The notes: generated by a model not told the origin, from the letters alone. 63,874 bases of DNA, filler included, from Craspedostauros australis (GCA_030167865.1; 10 parts of 10 records of this genome joined end to end with filler, not necessarily neighbours in it); one strand, 5' to 3'. Counted from the whole stretch's first letter, positions 13,075 through 25,578 are shown. Program-made: numbers and translations.

Positions 13075-16000
13075 ATGACGCCTGGATCCATCTCACGCCG
13101 CACCGATGCCAACAACGCTGATATCGACATCCAACATGATGTGACCAATGATGCCGTCGATGCTATCCCATTAAAGCCACAGCTGAAGCGGCAGTCTACG
13201 CAGGAAGATGTCAGCGTGATCGACGATGCTTCGTCCGCCATCACTCCATTTGACTCACAGAACCTGCTTCAGCGGAATGACCAGGAATTACCCTTCGAGG
13301 CAGTCGGTCTCATCGGCAGGAGCAAGGAGATCCGCATGCTGCGACACGTATTCAACATCACCTGCCTGCAACGTGAAAGGCGACTCTCTGACGGCAATAG
13401 CGAGTCGAGTAACAAGGCTCCACATCACAGCGGCTCCCATGAACCAGTGGACGCAGCAACATCAGCAGCAACAGACTCGTCAACAGAGTCATCATCCAAC
13501 GTTGACGATGAGATGATGTTGCAAACGGTACGATCATCCAAGAGAACACTTGTTCTCATCTCGGGACATTCGGGAAGTGGAAAGACTGCACTTGCCATGC
13601 AAGTCAAGAAATTTGCGGTGGAGCACAACGCTACCGTTGCCAACACTGCCACCAACAGCAGCAGCAACGTGCACCGCCCCTTCCACGGCTTCTTCGTGTC
13701 TGGCAAGTGCGAGATCTCCAAGATGAATGCGGAGCAACCGTACGCTGGGATCAAATCTGCATTGATGGATCTATGCAACCAGATCCTCTGCCTGCCTCGC
13801 GACGAAGAAGACATCCACGCCAAAGTCATCATGTCGTCCCTCAACATGGGCAGCAAGGCCTTTTCCATGACATCAGAGAGTGAGCAGGCACGCAGCAACC
13901 TTTCTTCAACCAGCCATCACGGCACTTCTTCAACGCACTCCCCAGCAGCTGACCAACACGCACCATCCGCCCTCGATGATCCTCGACGGATTTCCGCCCT
14001 CCGAAAGCTCTTGACCAAGGGTCTCACCAAGGGAGAGATCAGGGTGCTGTCCGCTGTCATCCCAGATCTCCCTCAGGTCGTCTATGGTATTCAGCATGCA
14101 CTCGTTCTCGGCACAGCCACAAGGGATGATGCTTCTGTTGCCAGCCTATCCACATGTACATCTGGCAGACACAGTCTAGCGAGACCGTGGAATGATCAAA
14201 TCGGGTACCGTGCCCACGGTGATCGGCTCAAGTTCGCTCTGCGGAGGTTGATCCAGATCATCTGCAACTTCTGTCCCCTCATCTTCGTCATCGATGACAT
14301 CCAATGGGCCGACAAGGCATCGCTGGACATCCTNNNNNNNNNNNNNNNNGACACCAACAACTCGTCACTGATGGTCATCGGATGTTACCGATCCAATCTG
14401 TTGGAAGAGAATCGCATCCTCAAGACCACGTTGTTGGCATTAGATGAATCCAAACGCGAGCGATCGCTCCGCATCATCAAGCTTCCCATCCAAGATCTAG
14501 AGCTGGATCACGTCAAGGAGCTGCTGTGCTGTCTCCTCAAACCTCAGGATGACATCCCACACAGCAACACTGCTGATCACAGCAACCGAGATGATGGAAC
14601 GAACGATGAACGCTATGAGGCCGTGACACGCTTTGCAGACATCGTGTACAACAAGACGGGCGGGAATCCCTTCTTCGTGCAACGGTTCCTCCATTCGTTG
14701 GTCGACGACCGGCTGCTCCAGTACAATCCATCGATGCTTCTGCCCGAGCCGGCCACAGCGACAGGGTCGACGCCGCTACCATCACCAGCGCCAGCACCAA
14801 TCGCATCACCAACAACATCGACAGTATCAACACCCACATGGGAATGGGTCTGGAATGATGATGAGATGGAGGCCAAGTCACCACTCACCAGCAACGTCAT
14901 CGAGCTCATGAAGAACAAACTGCATCAGGTGCAGGATGCCAGACAGATCTTGCCCATCGCGGCATGTCTGGGCGCATCCTTCTCCTACTCAACCATCTGT
15001 GTGGTGATGCGCGGCCTCTCCATCCACTCAGCTCATTCGGCTTTCGTCCGCGAGCTGTTCGGTATCAGTCGCTTCGTCTCCAACAGCGGGATCCGCAAGA
15101 TGCTCCGCACCTGCGAACACGAAGGTTTGCTGGAACGATCTGCCAATGTCAAGGTCGCCGACAACTACGCGATAGATATTGATGCAACCAACGCATCGAG
15201 CAAGACGCAATCCAGCACCAACACAAAGCGGAAAGCAAGAACGAGACAGCCCACCATCTACAACTTCAGCCACGACAAGGTCCAGGAGGCAGCGCTGGAC
15301 ATGGTGGAACAGGAGCAGCTCTCTGAGCTCAAGTATCGCGTGGGAGAGATCCTCCTCTTCGGTCTTTCCCAAGATGAGCTCGATGACCGTATCTTCATGG
15401 TCACGAACCTTGTCAACACAAGACCAGACCTGATCCCGGACACCAACAAGAGCGACCGCCGCAAGCGAGTGATGATGCTCAACTTCGACGCCGGCACCAA
15501 GGCCGTCGGTTGTTCCGCATTTCGGTTGGCCCTCGGATACTTCCGTTGTGCTATCAACCTTCTCCCACCCAATCATTGGGACGCCCTTCAGGAGGAGACG
15601 TTACAAGTCTATTCTTCCGCAGCAGAGTGCGCATTCGTCACGGGGGATCTCGATAGGTCCCGCAGATACTGCAACATCATCGTCGAATCCAAGTGCGATA
15701 TCTTGGAGAAGATCGATGCCTACCACACACTGGCAGACATCGCTGCAGCAGAGCACAAGAGAGATGACAAGGAATCCGCTGCAGTACAGCTTTGCTTGAG
15801 CGTCCTAGCAATGTTGGGATGCAACATACCAAAGCCCGGGATGAAACGAACATTTGCGATCATCTCTGGACTCCTCAAGGTGAAGCGTGCCGCTCGTTCG
15901 TTGACATCGGAATCCATTGCAAAGCTCCCGCTGAATGAAAATGAGAAGGAGGAAGCAGTGATGAGCACGTTGGGTAAGCTTGTCACGCTTTGCTACCTCG

Positions 16001-17104
16001 CCGACCCAGAGCTCATACCCATCATCGCCCTCAAGACTTTTCAACGAACGTTCAAGTACGGCATGTCCGAGCATTCCCCGATCGCCTTCATCTTCCTGGG
16101 CCTCATAACGGGATCAGCCATGGGCGATGTCAAGGCACGTGAGAATCTGGGACGAGCTTCACTTGATATTCTGAGAAAGCTAGATCACCCCGCCACCCAA
16201 CCTGCAATTATCTTCAATTTCTACTCGTTGATACAGCACTGGAACCAGCCATTGGAAGAGATCAAAGAGCCGTTCATGGAGGCGTATCGCACGGCCACGG
16301 CATGTGGCGATTTGGAAACTGCGTCGTGGAGCATCTCCAATTACATCGCGTTCTCCTTTTTTGACGGAACTCGGCTTTCCCAAGTCGATGCCGATTGCGC
16401 CATGTACGCCAAAGTGATGCTGGATTTCAAGCAGACCCAGCAGCATCACTTCCTGTCGATGGCGTGGCAGAGGGTTATGAACCTCCGCGGCACATCCAAG
16501 CATACCGTCCTCCTCATCGGGGACGCCTTCGACGAACGCAAGGGCACCGACGATACGGTTGGCTTGATGGCCAACACTCAGAAGCACGCACTCGCCATGA
16601 GCAAAGCAGAGCTATGCTCCCACTTCGGCGAATACGAGATGGGCGCCAATCTCGCAGCCCCATCCGTTTTCGCCTTCGCCAAGGCGACAATGGGCACGTT
16701 CGCCCCGGCCCCAAACTTTTTTCGCACAGCGCTGAATTGTCTGGCTGCATCACAACAAGGCGCCAAATCGAGGCGGAAATACCTCAGGACGGCCCAGCAA
16801 TGCACAAAGCAGCTGAAGGTGTGGAACAAGCAGGGCCATCCCAACTGCCCCCACTACCTCACAATTCTAGATGCCGAAGAACAATTCCTGCGCGGAAAGC
16901 ACAGCAAAGCCGTCACAGCTTATACGCAGGCCATCCAAAGCACATCGCAGCGTGGGTATGTTCATGATCAGGCACTGGCGAATGAGAGACTTGCAGATTG
17001 TTTGATGGATTACGGTCGTTGCGATGACGCAAAGTATCGGTACGGAGAGTCATCGAGGTTGTACAGGGAGTGGGGGGCCTTGAAGAAGGTGGAAGTGCTG
17101 AAGG
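13075..17104 (+). CDS. large STAND-class P-loop NTPase (AAA_16-like) with C-terminal TPR-like helical region; 3' end cut by scaffold end
   Basis: More than 1340 codons open. Walker A GHSGSGKT, Walker B LIFVIDDIQWAD, KTGGNPFF (GxP), FSHDKVQEAA (MHD-like) and C-terminal HDQALANERLA...YREWGA. These match the central part of bacterial Ser/Thr kinase-AAA-histidine kinase fusion proteins. Confidence 0.88.
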
Positions 17105-17204
17105 NNNNNNNNNNNNNNNNNNNNNNNNNNNNNNNNNNNNNNNNNNNNTTAATTAATTAANNNNNNNNNNNNNNNNNNNNNNNNNNNNNNNNNNNNNNNN
17201 NNNN
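17105..17204. other. artificial scaffold linker
   Basis: 44 N + TTAATTAATTAA + 44 N. Confidence 0.97.
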
Positions 17205-19799
17205 GATGGTCGTGACTTGGCGACGGAGCAGTTCGAATGCGAGACGATAGTGATGATTCTCAGAGATGGCGTTCCACACGGAGCGAGTTCTTTTGAAGAA
17301 TGTGTTTCCACTGATTCTGGATTCGGGAGGAAGAAAACCCTTCATCATCAANTATTCCGGATCCTGATACGACCATGGCTCTGGTTTGGCCGATGACATG
17401 TAGTCAAAGGCATCGAAGCTGGGGTTCATGATGCCGGTTCGAATGAAAGCGCTCAGTCTGTTGACGAATTGGCCGACGGCATAGTCAGTCGCTTGTCTCC
17501 TGAGGTCGTCGCAACGAATCTCGCAGTGAAGATCGACTTCGAAGTGTCTCTCCATGTCCGAGTAGAAGTCCTCGTAGACGTCTTGGAATGACGTTGGTCC
17601 TTCTTCGACCATGTCGTCTGGATCCGGCTGCCACCAATCGGCCATGTTGATGTTGTCTTCCCTTGTGTCAGTCGCCTTTGGCGCGAATGTTGGGAGGACG
17701 ACGTTGGTTGGTTGCGGATTCAAAGTGTTGAATCGGAGTCGAAGTCTGCGCAGTAGGTAGTTGGCATCCACCTTGAATTGGTGTAAGTCGATGGAGAGAG
17801 AGTCGCTGCCTTCACGTTGGAGNNNNNNNNNNNNNNNNNNNNNNNNNNNNNNNNNNNNNNNNNNNNNNATGATTGATGCAGAATCAGGGTGTAGTTCCCT
17901 GGTTGTTGCCTCCTGTTCATTTTCTTCCATGCTAGCCACTGCGGGACAGAAGTAGTAGTCATCGGTATCTTCGTTGTCTAACCATGCGGCTTTGCCTCCC
18001 ATGCGCGCATACGTGAATCGCTTTGGTTGTTTGCGACTTCTCGTGCTTCGAGGTCTTGCTGGCGTTGATTCGAGCTTAGGCATGGTTGGTGTTGTGGAGC
18101 CGGTTTCAGTTGGTGTCGGATTTGAAGGTGGTAATGGAGTTGCCGGTCCCGAGATTGGTGACTCTCGGAGAGGTGAATCCAATTGCGGTTGAAGTGTTCG
18201 CTGGTCCGGTGACTCTATAATAGGATCAGGTTCCGGTTGCTCATTNNNNNNNNNNNNNNNNNNNNNNNNNNNNNNNNNNNNNNNNNNNNNNNNNNAGCTC
18301 CCTCTGTCGAAGACATTTGCCTGTTGGCTCCCTCTGAGACTGGCATTGGAGGGGCGAGAGTGTCACTCATGAGATCCGGGATCTGTTGTGTCGGTGGTTG
18401 CGACCCTTTCGCCAATACCTGTGGCGCTCTTTCACGAATGGTTTGTTGGTTTCGCGTCTCAGTTGCTGGTGGTGGAGTATGGTCGTCGTTGCGTTGTAAC
18501 CGGTTGTGGTCTCGCGTGTCTGACGCGAAGATGTCGTCCTGCTCCATTGATTCCACATCGTCGTCGTCGAATGGGTATTGAAAGGTGGTNNNNNNNNNNN
18601 NNNNNNNNNNNNNNNNNNNNNNNNNNNNNNNNNNNNNNNNNNNNNNGGTAGCAATCGTTGCGAACCAGTCATCGAACACAACATGGAACTGAGGTGTGAT
18701 TGAACCTGTCCGTGGTGATAGGACCAGAGGTACGGTTGAGGCATGCTTCGTGGATAGACCCATGTTCACGTATCTTTCTCCTCTTGGTTCCCATCGAGGT
18801 ATCTTTCGTCCGTCGGCCAGTGCTTTGTTAAGGACATAGACTGGGCTGCCCCATACGTGCAGGTTATGAAGTTGCTTGAGGGGGAGACGAATGCGTGACA
18901 GAACATCGTAAGGTGTGAGGCCTGTGGCGGGGTTNNNNNNNNNNNNNNNNNNNNNNNNNNNNNNNNNNNNNNNNNNNNNNNNNNNNNNNNNNNNNNNNNN
19001 NNNNNNNNNNNNNNNNNNNNNNNNNNNNNNNNNNNNNNNNNNNNNNNNNNNNATTGTTCGAATGCTTCGCTCGGCGATTCCATTGTGATGATGTGCGCCG
19101 ACGCCTGCGAATCGATGGACTTGATGAAATATCTCAAGGTGCTTGGAGTATTCGGGTGAGGTGAAGGTAGTTGCGTTATCCGATAGATAGGATCGCACGG
19201 GGACTCCCACATCTCGGCACATCAGTTCGAACCGTTCCTTGGCCTCGAGGGTAGCGTGCGTGGTTAGCGCTGCTACTGGTTCCACATGAATGTATCCGGA
19301 GGCGTGATCGACGAAGATGGCGCCACCTTTGTACATNNNNNNNNNNNNNNNNNNNNNNNNNNNNNNNNNNNNNNNNNNNNNNNNNNNNNNNNNNNNNNNN
19401 NNNNNNNNNNNNNNNNNNNNNNNNNNNNNNNNNNNNNNNNNNNNNNNNNNNNNNNNNNNNNNNNNNNNNNNNNNNNNNNNNNNNNNNNNNNNNNNNNNNN
19501 NNNNNNNNNNNNNNNNNNNNNNNNNNNNNNNNNNNNNNNNNNNNNNNTTTGCCGCAGCTGTGTGCATCTTTCTAGACGATTCTGACCCAGTGAGTGCACC
19601 CGAACGCAGCAGGAACTTCACTCGACTGAAGGTTAAGTGTCCGAGACGATAGTGCCACCGAAGAAGTTCCTTTTGCGGTTGGGTGAGATTCACGTTGTGG
19701 TCTGACACAGTAGAAACGATGGACGTTAGTGCAGCTGGCACATCATGGATGTTGTCGGCGCTGTAGCCGACGGATGTTGGCAGCCTTGTGGATTTCTTG
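17205..19799 (-). mobile_element. Ty1/copia pol fragment: GAG-pre-integrase + integrase + P/T-rich spacer + unassigned downstream ORF
   Basis: Motifs LLRWHYRLGH, KGGAIFVDHASGYIHV, SDNATTF, HHHNGIAERSIRT, WGSPVYVL and PQFHVVFDDWF in ORF 18215..19741. ORF 17157..18182 continues on the same strand. Confidence 0.9.
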
Positions 19800-19899
19800 N
19801 NNNNNNNNNNNNNNNNNNNNNNNNNNNNNNNNNNNNNNNNNNNTTAATTAATTAANNNNNNNNNNNNNNNNNNNNNNNNNNNNNNNNNNNNNNNNNNNN
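19800..19899. other. artificial scaffold linker
   Basis: 44 N + TTAATTAATTAA + 44 N. Confidence 0.97.
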
Positions 19900-22555
19900 C
19901 GAGGGCGAACCAAGGGTGGTGAGTGCACGCTGCTGGAACTTCTCCAAGACCTTCAGGTTGCACCAGCCGCCGCGCGCTCCTTCACGCACGATGACGTAGG
20001 TGCGGAAGATCATGAGGTTGCGCGAGGCCGCGAAGTTGCGTGCGTCGAAGAGGGCCTTGGCGTAGTGCTCGTGGTACACGAGGGCTGAGTCCTCCCACCC
20101 GTTGGTTGTCTTGAATGCCTCCTCTTGTAGTTTGAGGAGGAGTTCATGGTAGTAGGTCATGAACAGCTTGAGGACAGCGACCCATCCCCCGCCTTGCTGG
20201 TAGAGAGTGATTTGCTCGTCGGAGTAGTAGCCGTGGCGGAGGATGTGACCCACATCGTTGAGGTAGCGGGTCATCACGTCGTCGCGGATGCTGTTGAAGT
20301 CACCGGCGAGTTCGCTGAGGTCTTCAGAGGTCTTGATACGACCGAGGGCATGGCGGGTCTTGGTGCGCCAATTGGAGTCAGCGGCGATGAGGCCGGCGGA
20401 GCGGGCAGTTTGGTTGCGGATGTCTCCGAACGCGGAGGCGAGTTCTTCGATGGATGTGCGTTCANNNNNNNNNNNNNNNNNNNNNNNNNNNNNNNNNNNN
20501 NNNNNNNNNNNNNNCGAGGGCGAACCAAGGGTGGTGAGTGCACGCTGCTGGAACTTCTCCAAGACCTTCAGGTTGCACCAGCCGCCGCGCGCTCCTTCAC
20601 GCACGATGACGTAGGTGCGGAAGATCATGAGGTTGCGCGAGGCCGCGAAGTTGCGTGCGTCGAAGAGGGCCTTGGCGTAGTGCTCGTGGTACACGAGGGC
20701 TGAGTCCTCCCACCCGTTGGTTGTCTTGAATGCCTCCTCTTGTAGTTTGAGGAGGAGTTCATGGTAGTAGGTCATGAACAGCTTGAGGACAGCGACCCAT
20801 CCCCCGCCTTGCTGGTAGAGAGTGATTTGCTCGTCGGAGTAGTAGCCGTGGCGGAGGATGTGACCCACATCGTTGAGGTAGCGGGTCATCACGTCGTCGC
20901 GGATGCTGTTGAAGTCACCGGCGAGNTCGCTGAGGTCTTCAGAGGTCTTGATACGNCCGAGGGCATGGCGGGTCTTGGTGCGCCANTTGGAGTCNGCGGC
21001 GATGAGGCCGGCGGAGCGGGCAGTTTGGTTGCGGATGTCTCCGAACGCGGAGGCGAGTTCTTCGATGGATGTGCGTTCATCGGTGACCTTACCTGGTTGG
21101 CTGGCGACGTCGATGGCTGCTTTCGCGAGTTCGGTCTGGATTTCACTGCTGGCGTGTGGAGGTGCGAGGTGCTGGAGCATGCGTCTCTCGTTGTCGAGGG
21201 TCTCCCCGAAGACTTGCTTCTTGTCACCCTTGGATGGGTCTTCTCCCAGGAACTTCTCGATGCCCATGCTAGCTGGGCTAGAGGGGACATGATCTGGTCG
21301 AGAGAGGGGCGCCGATGGGGACTCGGCAGGAGGGTTTCTTGGGTGAACGCCCTCCATCGGGTGTGGACGGGAGTGAGGAGCTGGTTGGCCGTGAGCGAGT
21401 GTTGGCGGTGCTGATGCGCGTAGGTAGGCATCGGCCTCGGCGTAAGAGGCACAGCGGAGGACTCGGGCGGTACTTCCGGTGCCTGCTTGAGAGATAGCCT
21501 CAGCTGCAGAGGTGTACACCCCTGGGCGTTGGCCGTCGATCGCCACATACCATTCAGTTCCCGCGGTTGGAGCGGGTACTGGAGCGGGTGCTGGGGCAGT
21601 GTTCATCGAGGGGAGACCGTGTTGGATCAGCTGCGTGATCTGTGCCTGCTGTGTCGCAAGCGCACGTAGCATCGCGTGGGTGGTTTCCTCCGATTTGCGC
21701 TGGTGGAGTTCCATCGTCTCGCGGTTGAGGGATGCCTGGTGGCGTACCACATGCATGAGTTCGTCGGCTGCAGTAGTGGCCAGAGCAGGGGGGGCATGGT
21801 GTACCCCTTGCGGGAACGAGACGACTGGGCGTGGGAGCATCGGTTCGGGGCGCACCACCGGGACGGAAGGTGTGCGGACGGATGGAGCCTGATGGATGAT
21901 CGGAGGCGGGACGGCTGGGTTGGTCTTGGCGCGGATGGGTGATGTTGGTTGCGCGTCTGTGCTGAGTCGTCCTGCGGGTTTGGTGTCGAGATCGAACCCG
22001 ACCACTCCTGCGAGTTTGGAGTCGCTGTCGTTGCGAGCCGCGGTCGTTGCGAGCCGCGACGCTGGTAGCACCCATCTTGCCAACAGCTTCGAGGTCACGA
22101 AGTGCTGCGGCACGAGTGGAATCGTATGCGGAGCGGCTCTGGTGGCTGCTCTCAATGAGATCGCGTCGGGGAGCGCCGCCGAGTGTGGTGGTGTCAAGGC
22201 ATTGATACACACCAGCGAGGCCGCGGCGGTCAGGATCGAGGCGAAGGGCATGATGGTTGCTGCGGCGACACTCGCCGGCCGCGTTGGCGCAGAGGAGAGT
22301 GTGGCCGTCCTCCGACTTGGTGGAGAGGCGGACCAGGCAGGTGTGGTCGTCAGCGACGAAGTGCCCGATAGCCATTCCGATCCCGACTTGGTTGAGAAGG
22401 GTATCGCTACCCATGTCACCGGAGCGGGCGGATCCGCTGGCCACCGAGGACACAGTTTCGACTGTGATTCCGGGCTCGGGTTCGGTCGGAGGCATGCTGG
22501 CGAAAGCGGAGGCCTCGGAGGCAAGGAGCAAGGAGAGGTTGGGTTGGTTACTCAT
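19900..22555 (-). pseudogene. ORF1/gag-like protein with Cys/His N-terminal cluster and RNase H1 N-terminal (Cauli_VI/viroplasmin) domain; frameshifted by a 16-nt duplication; probably retroelement-derived
   Basis: ATG at 22555 (MSNQPN). HTCLVR...LLCANAAGECRRSNHH, then WYVAIDGQRPGVYTSAAEA...CASYAEADAYL, which fits the hybrid-binding domain pattern. The two ORFs join in frame if one copy of GTCGTTGCGAGCCGCG (22027-22042 / 22043-22058) is removed. Confidence 0.7.
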
Positions 22556-23459
22556 AATGGTCAAGTAGAAGACGGAAGGCGTGAAGTAGTGGTTGTGAAG
22601 GCGTTGTTTGGTTGCTAGGTTACCCCTGAGCAAGCGTTGCAGGAAGCGTTAATCGAAGCGGGGAGTTGACAATTCTGTTGTCTTTTCCAAATTGTGGGTG
22701 CTTCGATTGCTGCTGGTCCATCGCTTCTCTGCTTGTTGTTTTCTATTCTCTCCTTTCTTTCTTTCTCTTGCGGGCTCCTCTCATATCTCATGTTTGGCTC
22801 CTTCTCTGTGTCTCTATTGATTTGAATCGGGTCTTGATCGGGCTTGGTCCCTCAGATCGTGTCTCTTTCTTGAGGGGCGTGTGTCGCGACCCAAGATGGT
22901 GCGTTTTGCGTTCCCGATTTTTGTTGTTCGACTTTTGTTGTCGCAGTTGCTCATTTTGTGAGCTCCGCGTTGCCATCAATTGGCCGTTGTCGCACCTTGT
23001 TTGAATTACTCTTACTTAGGTGTCTGGCCCATGTGTGGCCGTTAAACCTTTGGTTCGGGTTTCCGTTGCGGAGTCGTGCGCACGACTTGCACTTTCCGTT
23101 GCGTTCTTCGTCCTCTTCCATCGGATGGTGCCCTGGAGTCGTATGGGTCGTCCGTATCAACCAGTCAATTATGTTTAGAAGTGACCCGAAACATCTTTGG
23201 CATGTCCGATCAATAACAACCTTTGTCGTGTGCGACGCCATGAGCTCTGGGAGGTCCGGGAATGGCATTCATCACTCCCATTTGTGGCTACGTCGTCCAC
23301 CGTGCAAAAAGTACTGGAATGGGTGCTTCCTTGCCTCATGTGGGATTTCGCATCTAACACGTACAACCGACTAAAACGGCGAGCGCGACTTCAGCGTCGA
23401 TATCGCTGTGCTCTGAAAATGTCTCAGTCTTGAGTTATCGTCAAAAGTGCTTTTTTGAT

Positions 23460-24330
23460 GTACATACCAGCCACTCGTGCTCTGGATATGTACTCGTAAT
23501 TGCGCGCGGTGGTATGAATAGACTGATTGGGAGGTGGCGGACACGATGGAGCGATCAGATTTTTTGCGCAACACCAAGAATGGTCTTGTTTTTGCATTTC
23601 TGCATTTCTGCAGGTAGATGTGACGCACATACCAGCCACTCGCGCTCTAGATATGTACTCGCCGTTGCGCGTGTTAGTGCGGATAGACTAATTGGGAGGT
23701 GGCGGTCACGATGGTGCAATCGGATTTGCTCTACGACAACGATAACAACCTCGTTTCTGTATTTGTACACTTCTTTCTGCACGTATTTCAAAGACAGCAG
23801 CCTCTAGTACTCTGGCTTTGTACTCGAAATTGTGCGCGTTGATGCGGATAGAGTAATTGGGAGGTAACGGTCATGATGGCGCAATCAGATTTGTTCTGCG
23901 ACAACGAGAACAAGCTCACTTCTGCATTTGTAGTATACATCGCACCCTCTAATACTCTGGGTATGTACTTGTAATTGCGCGCGTTCGTATGAATTGACTA
24001 ATTGGGAGGTGGCGGTCACGATGACGCAATCAGATTTGTTCCGAGAGAACGAGAACATGATCATTTCGGCATTTGCACACGTCTTTCAACGACAGCAGCC
24101 TCTGGTACTCTGCGTATGCACTCGTAATTGCGCGCGTTAGTACGGACAGACTAATTGGGAGGTGGCGGTCACGACGACGCGATCAGATTTGTTCTGAGAC
24201 AACGAGAACATGATCATTTCGGCATTTGTACGCGTCTTTCAACAACAGCAGTCTCCAGTACTCTGGGTCTGTGCTCGTAGTTGCGTGCGTTGGTATGAAT
24301 AGACTAATTGGAAGGCAGCGGTCACGATGG
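23460..24330. repeat. diverged tandem repeat, ~6 units of 145-165 bp
   Basis: Anchor ATTGGGAGGT at 23526, 23691, 23856, 24001 and 24154, with variant ATTGGAAGGC at 24307 (periods 165, 165, 145, 153, 153). Units also share GTACTCGTAATTGCGCGCGTT and CAATCAGATTTGTTC blocks. Confidence 0.92.
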
Positions 24331-25578
24331 TGTGCTCGGATGGAGTACAGATGCTAAAGAACATCCTGAATTCGCGCATTTTCGTATGTGCCGCATGGAT
24401 AATATCCTTCTGTCATTCTTCCCCATTCTTAAACATGGATGCGAGGAAAATCGTGAAAATACAAGTGGGCTTATTGGGAAGGGAGAATCTTAGCCAATCC
24501 AAAGAGAACAGTGTGCAACGCTTTTCCATGGACAAGTCTTCAACATTCCTACCGCCGCGGACACGCATGACGACGCGGTCTGTAGTTGGATGACAAGAGT
24601 GATGGAATGAATCACTTCCACGCTCCATGTCCGTAACCTTGCGTCTTTCTCCGCACGCCACAGTGTTGCCATCGAACAAGTCTTGGTAGATGGCGAAGTT
24701 GACGACTTCAATCCTTGCGGAGTGCGCGGTCAACATGTTGCTCTGGCAACCTTCAAGCTCACTGAATTCCTGTTCGCGTCTGGTTGCCACAACACTGGAT
24801 GCAATCCAAAAGAGCCTGTCCAGGTACTTGCGAAGCACCAATGCTCTGCACGTTCAGTGCCCCCTGAAACCTGCTGATGCTTCCACAGAGAACACCATCC
24901 CGTTTTGCTTGCATGTTGGACCTGTTGCTGTGGTATCGAATCCACCATCGCTGCCACTGAAGATAGGCTCCTCATCACCACTTCCTTTGCCAGCTCCTGA
25001 TAGTGATTGCGAGTCAGGAGTGATGTTCTTGCTGATGCTGTGATGCATGTGCTCGTTCTGGGCTTCCCCGAATCCATTTCTCACGAGTGTGGCTGGTGAC
25101 TTTGGCGCTTGTGATGAATCCATGGCACGTTTGGATGGACGGCATTCTCGCCAATGGGAATGGCAACTCTGGTGCTTACAGTTGGACCGACCGTGGCGTT
25201 GTTTGCTGGCTGCGGCGAGAAGGGGAGTGGCGAAGCGTGGAGAATGGTGGGGCGATCAACATCGATATCCTTGATGTGGGCAGGGTGCTGTGTCGAATGA
25301 CCAAGACTCTCTCCAGAGAGGGTGTGCGATGGTCATCAATTTCTGTCTCTTTCGTTCGTGTGGTTGAGCTGTCCTCACACATGTGTTGCAGCAGATTGCG
25401 TTGTCACAACAGTAACAACCAGCGCAAACGCACAATTCCTGTGTTTCGTGATGACAGTTCAGTGAGATGCAGACAGAAGATCTGGTGCGTGAAACGTACA
25501 GAGGTTGGCAGATGGCGAAAAATGTCGCCAATTGATAGAAAGAGACTTGATAGAAAGAGACATAAAGTTCGTGTTCTC

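Noticed and set aside
19900..21078. Repeated C-terminal domain in the 890-aa ORF
   Set aside because: 19900-20463 is essentially identical to 20515-21078 across an N gap, so it is an assembly overlap.
23460..24330. CRISPR-like array
   Set aside because: Units are homologous along their whole length, ~155 bp long and degenerate. There are no unique spacers and no cas genes, and the context is eukaryotic.
24330..25300. Short minus-strand ORFs between the satellite and RT
   Set aside because: Fragmented, with no motif I can recognise. Possibly a decayed gene but unsupported.
25087..25578. N-terminal 165 codons of ORF 25087..25968 as a domain fused to RT
   Set aside because: Non-ATG start and no recognisable motifs. 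Copia similarity begins only at ~25579, so this is a chance open frame upstream of a truncated element.
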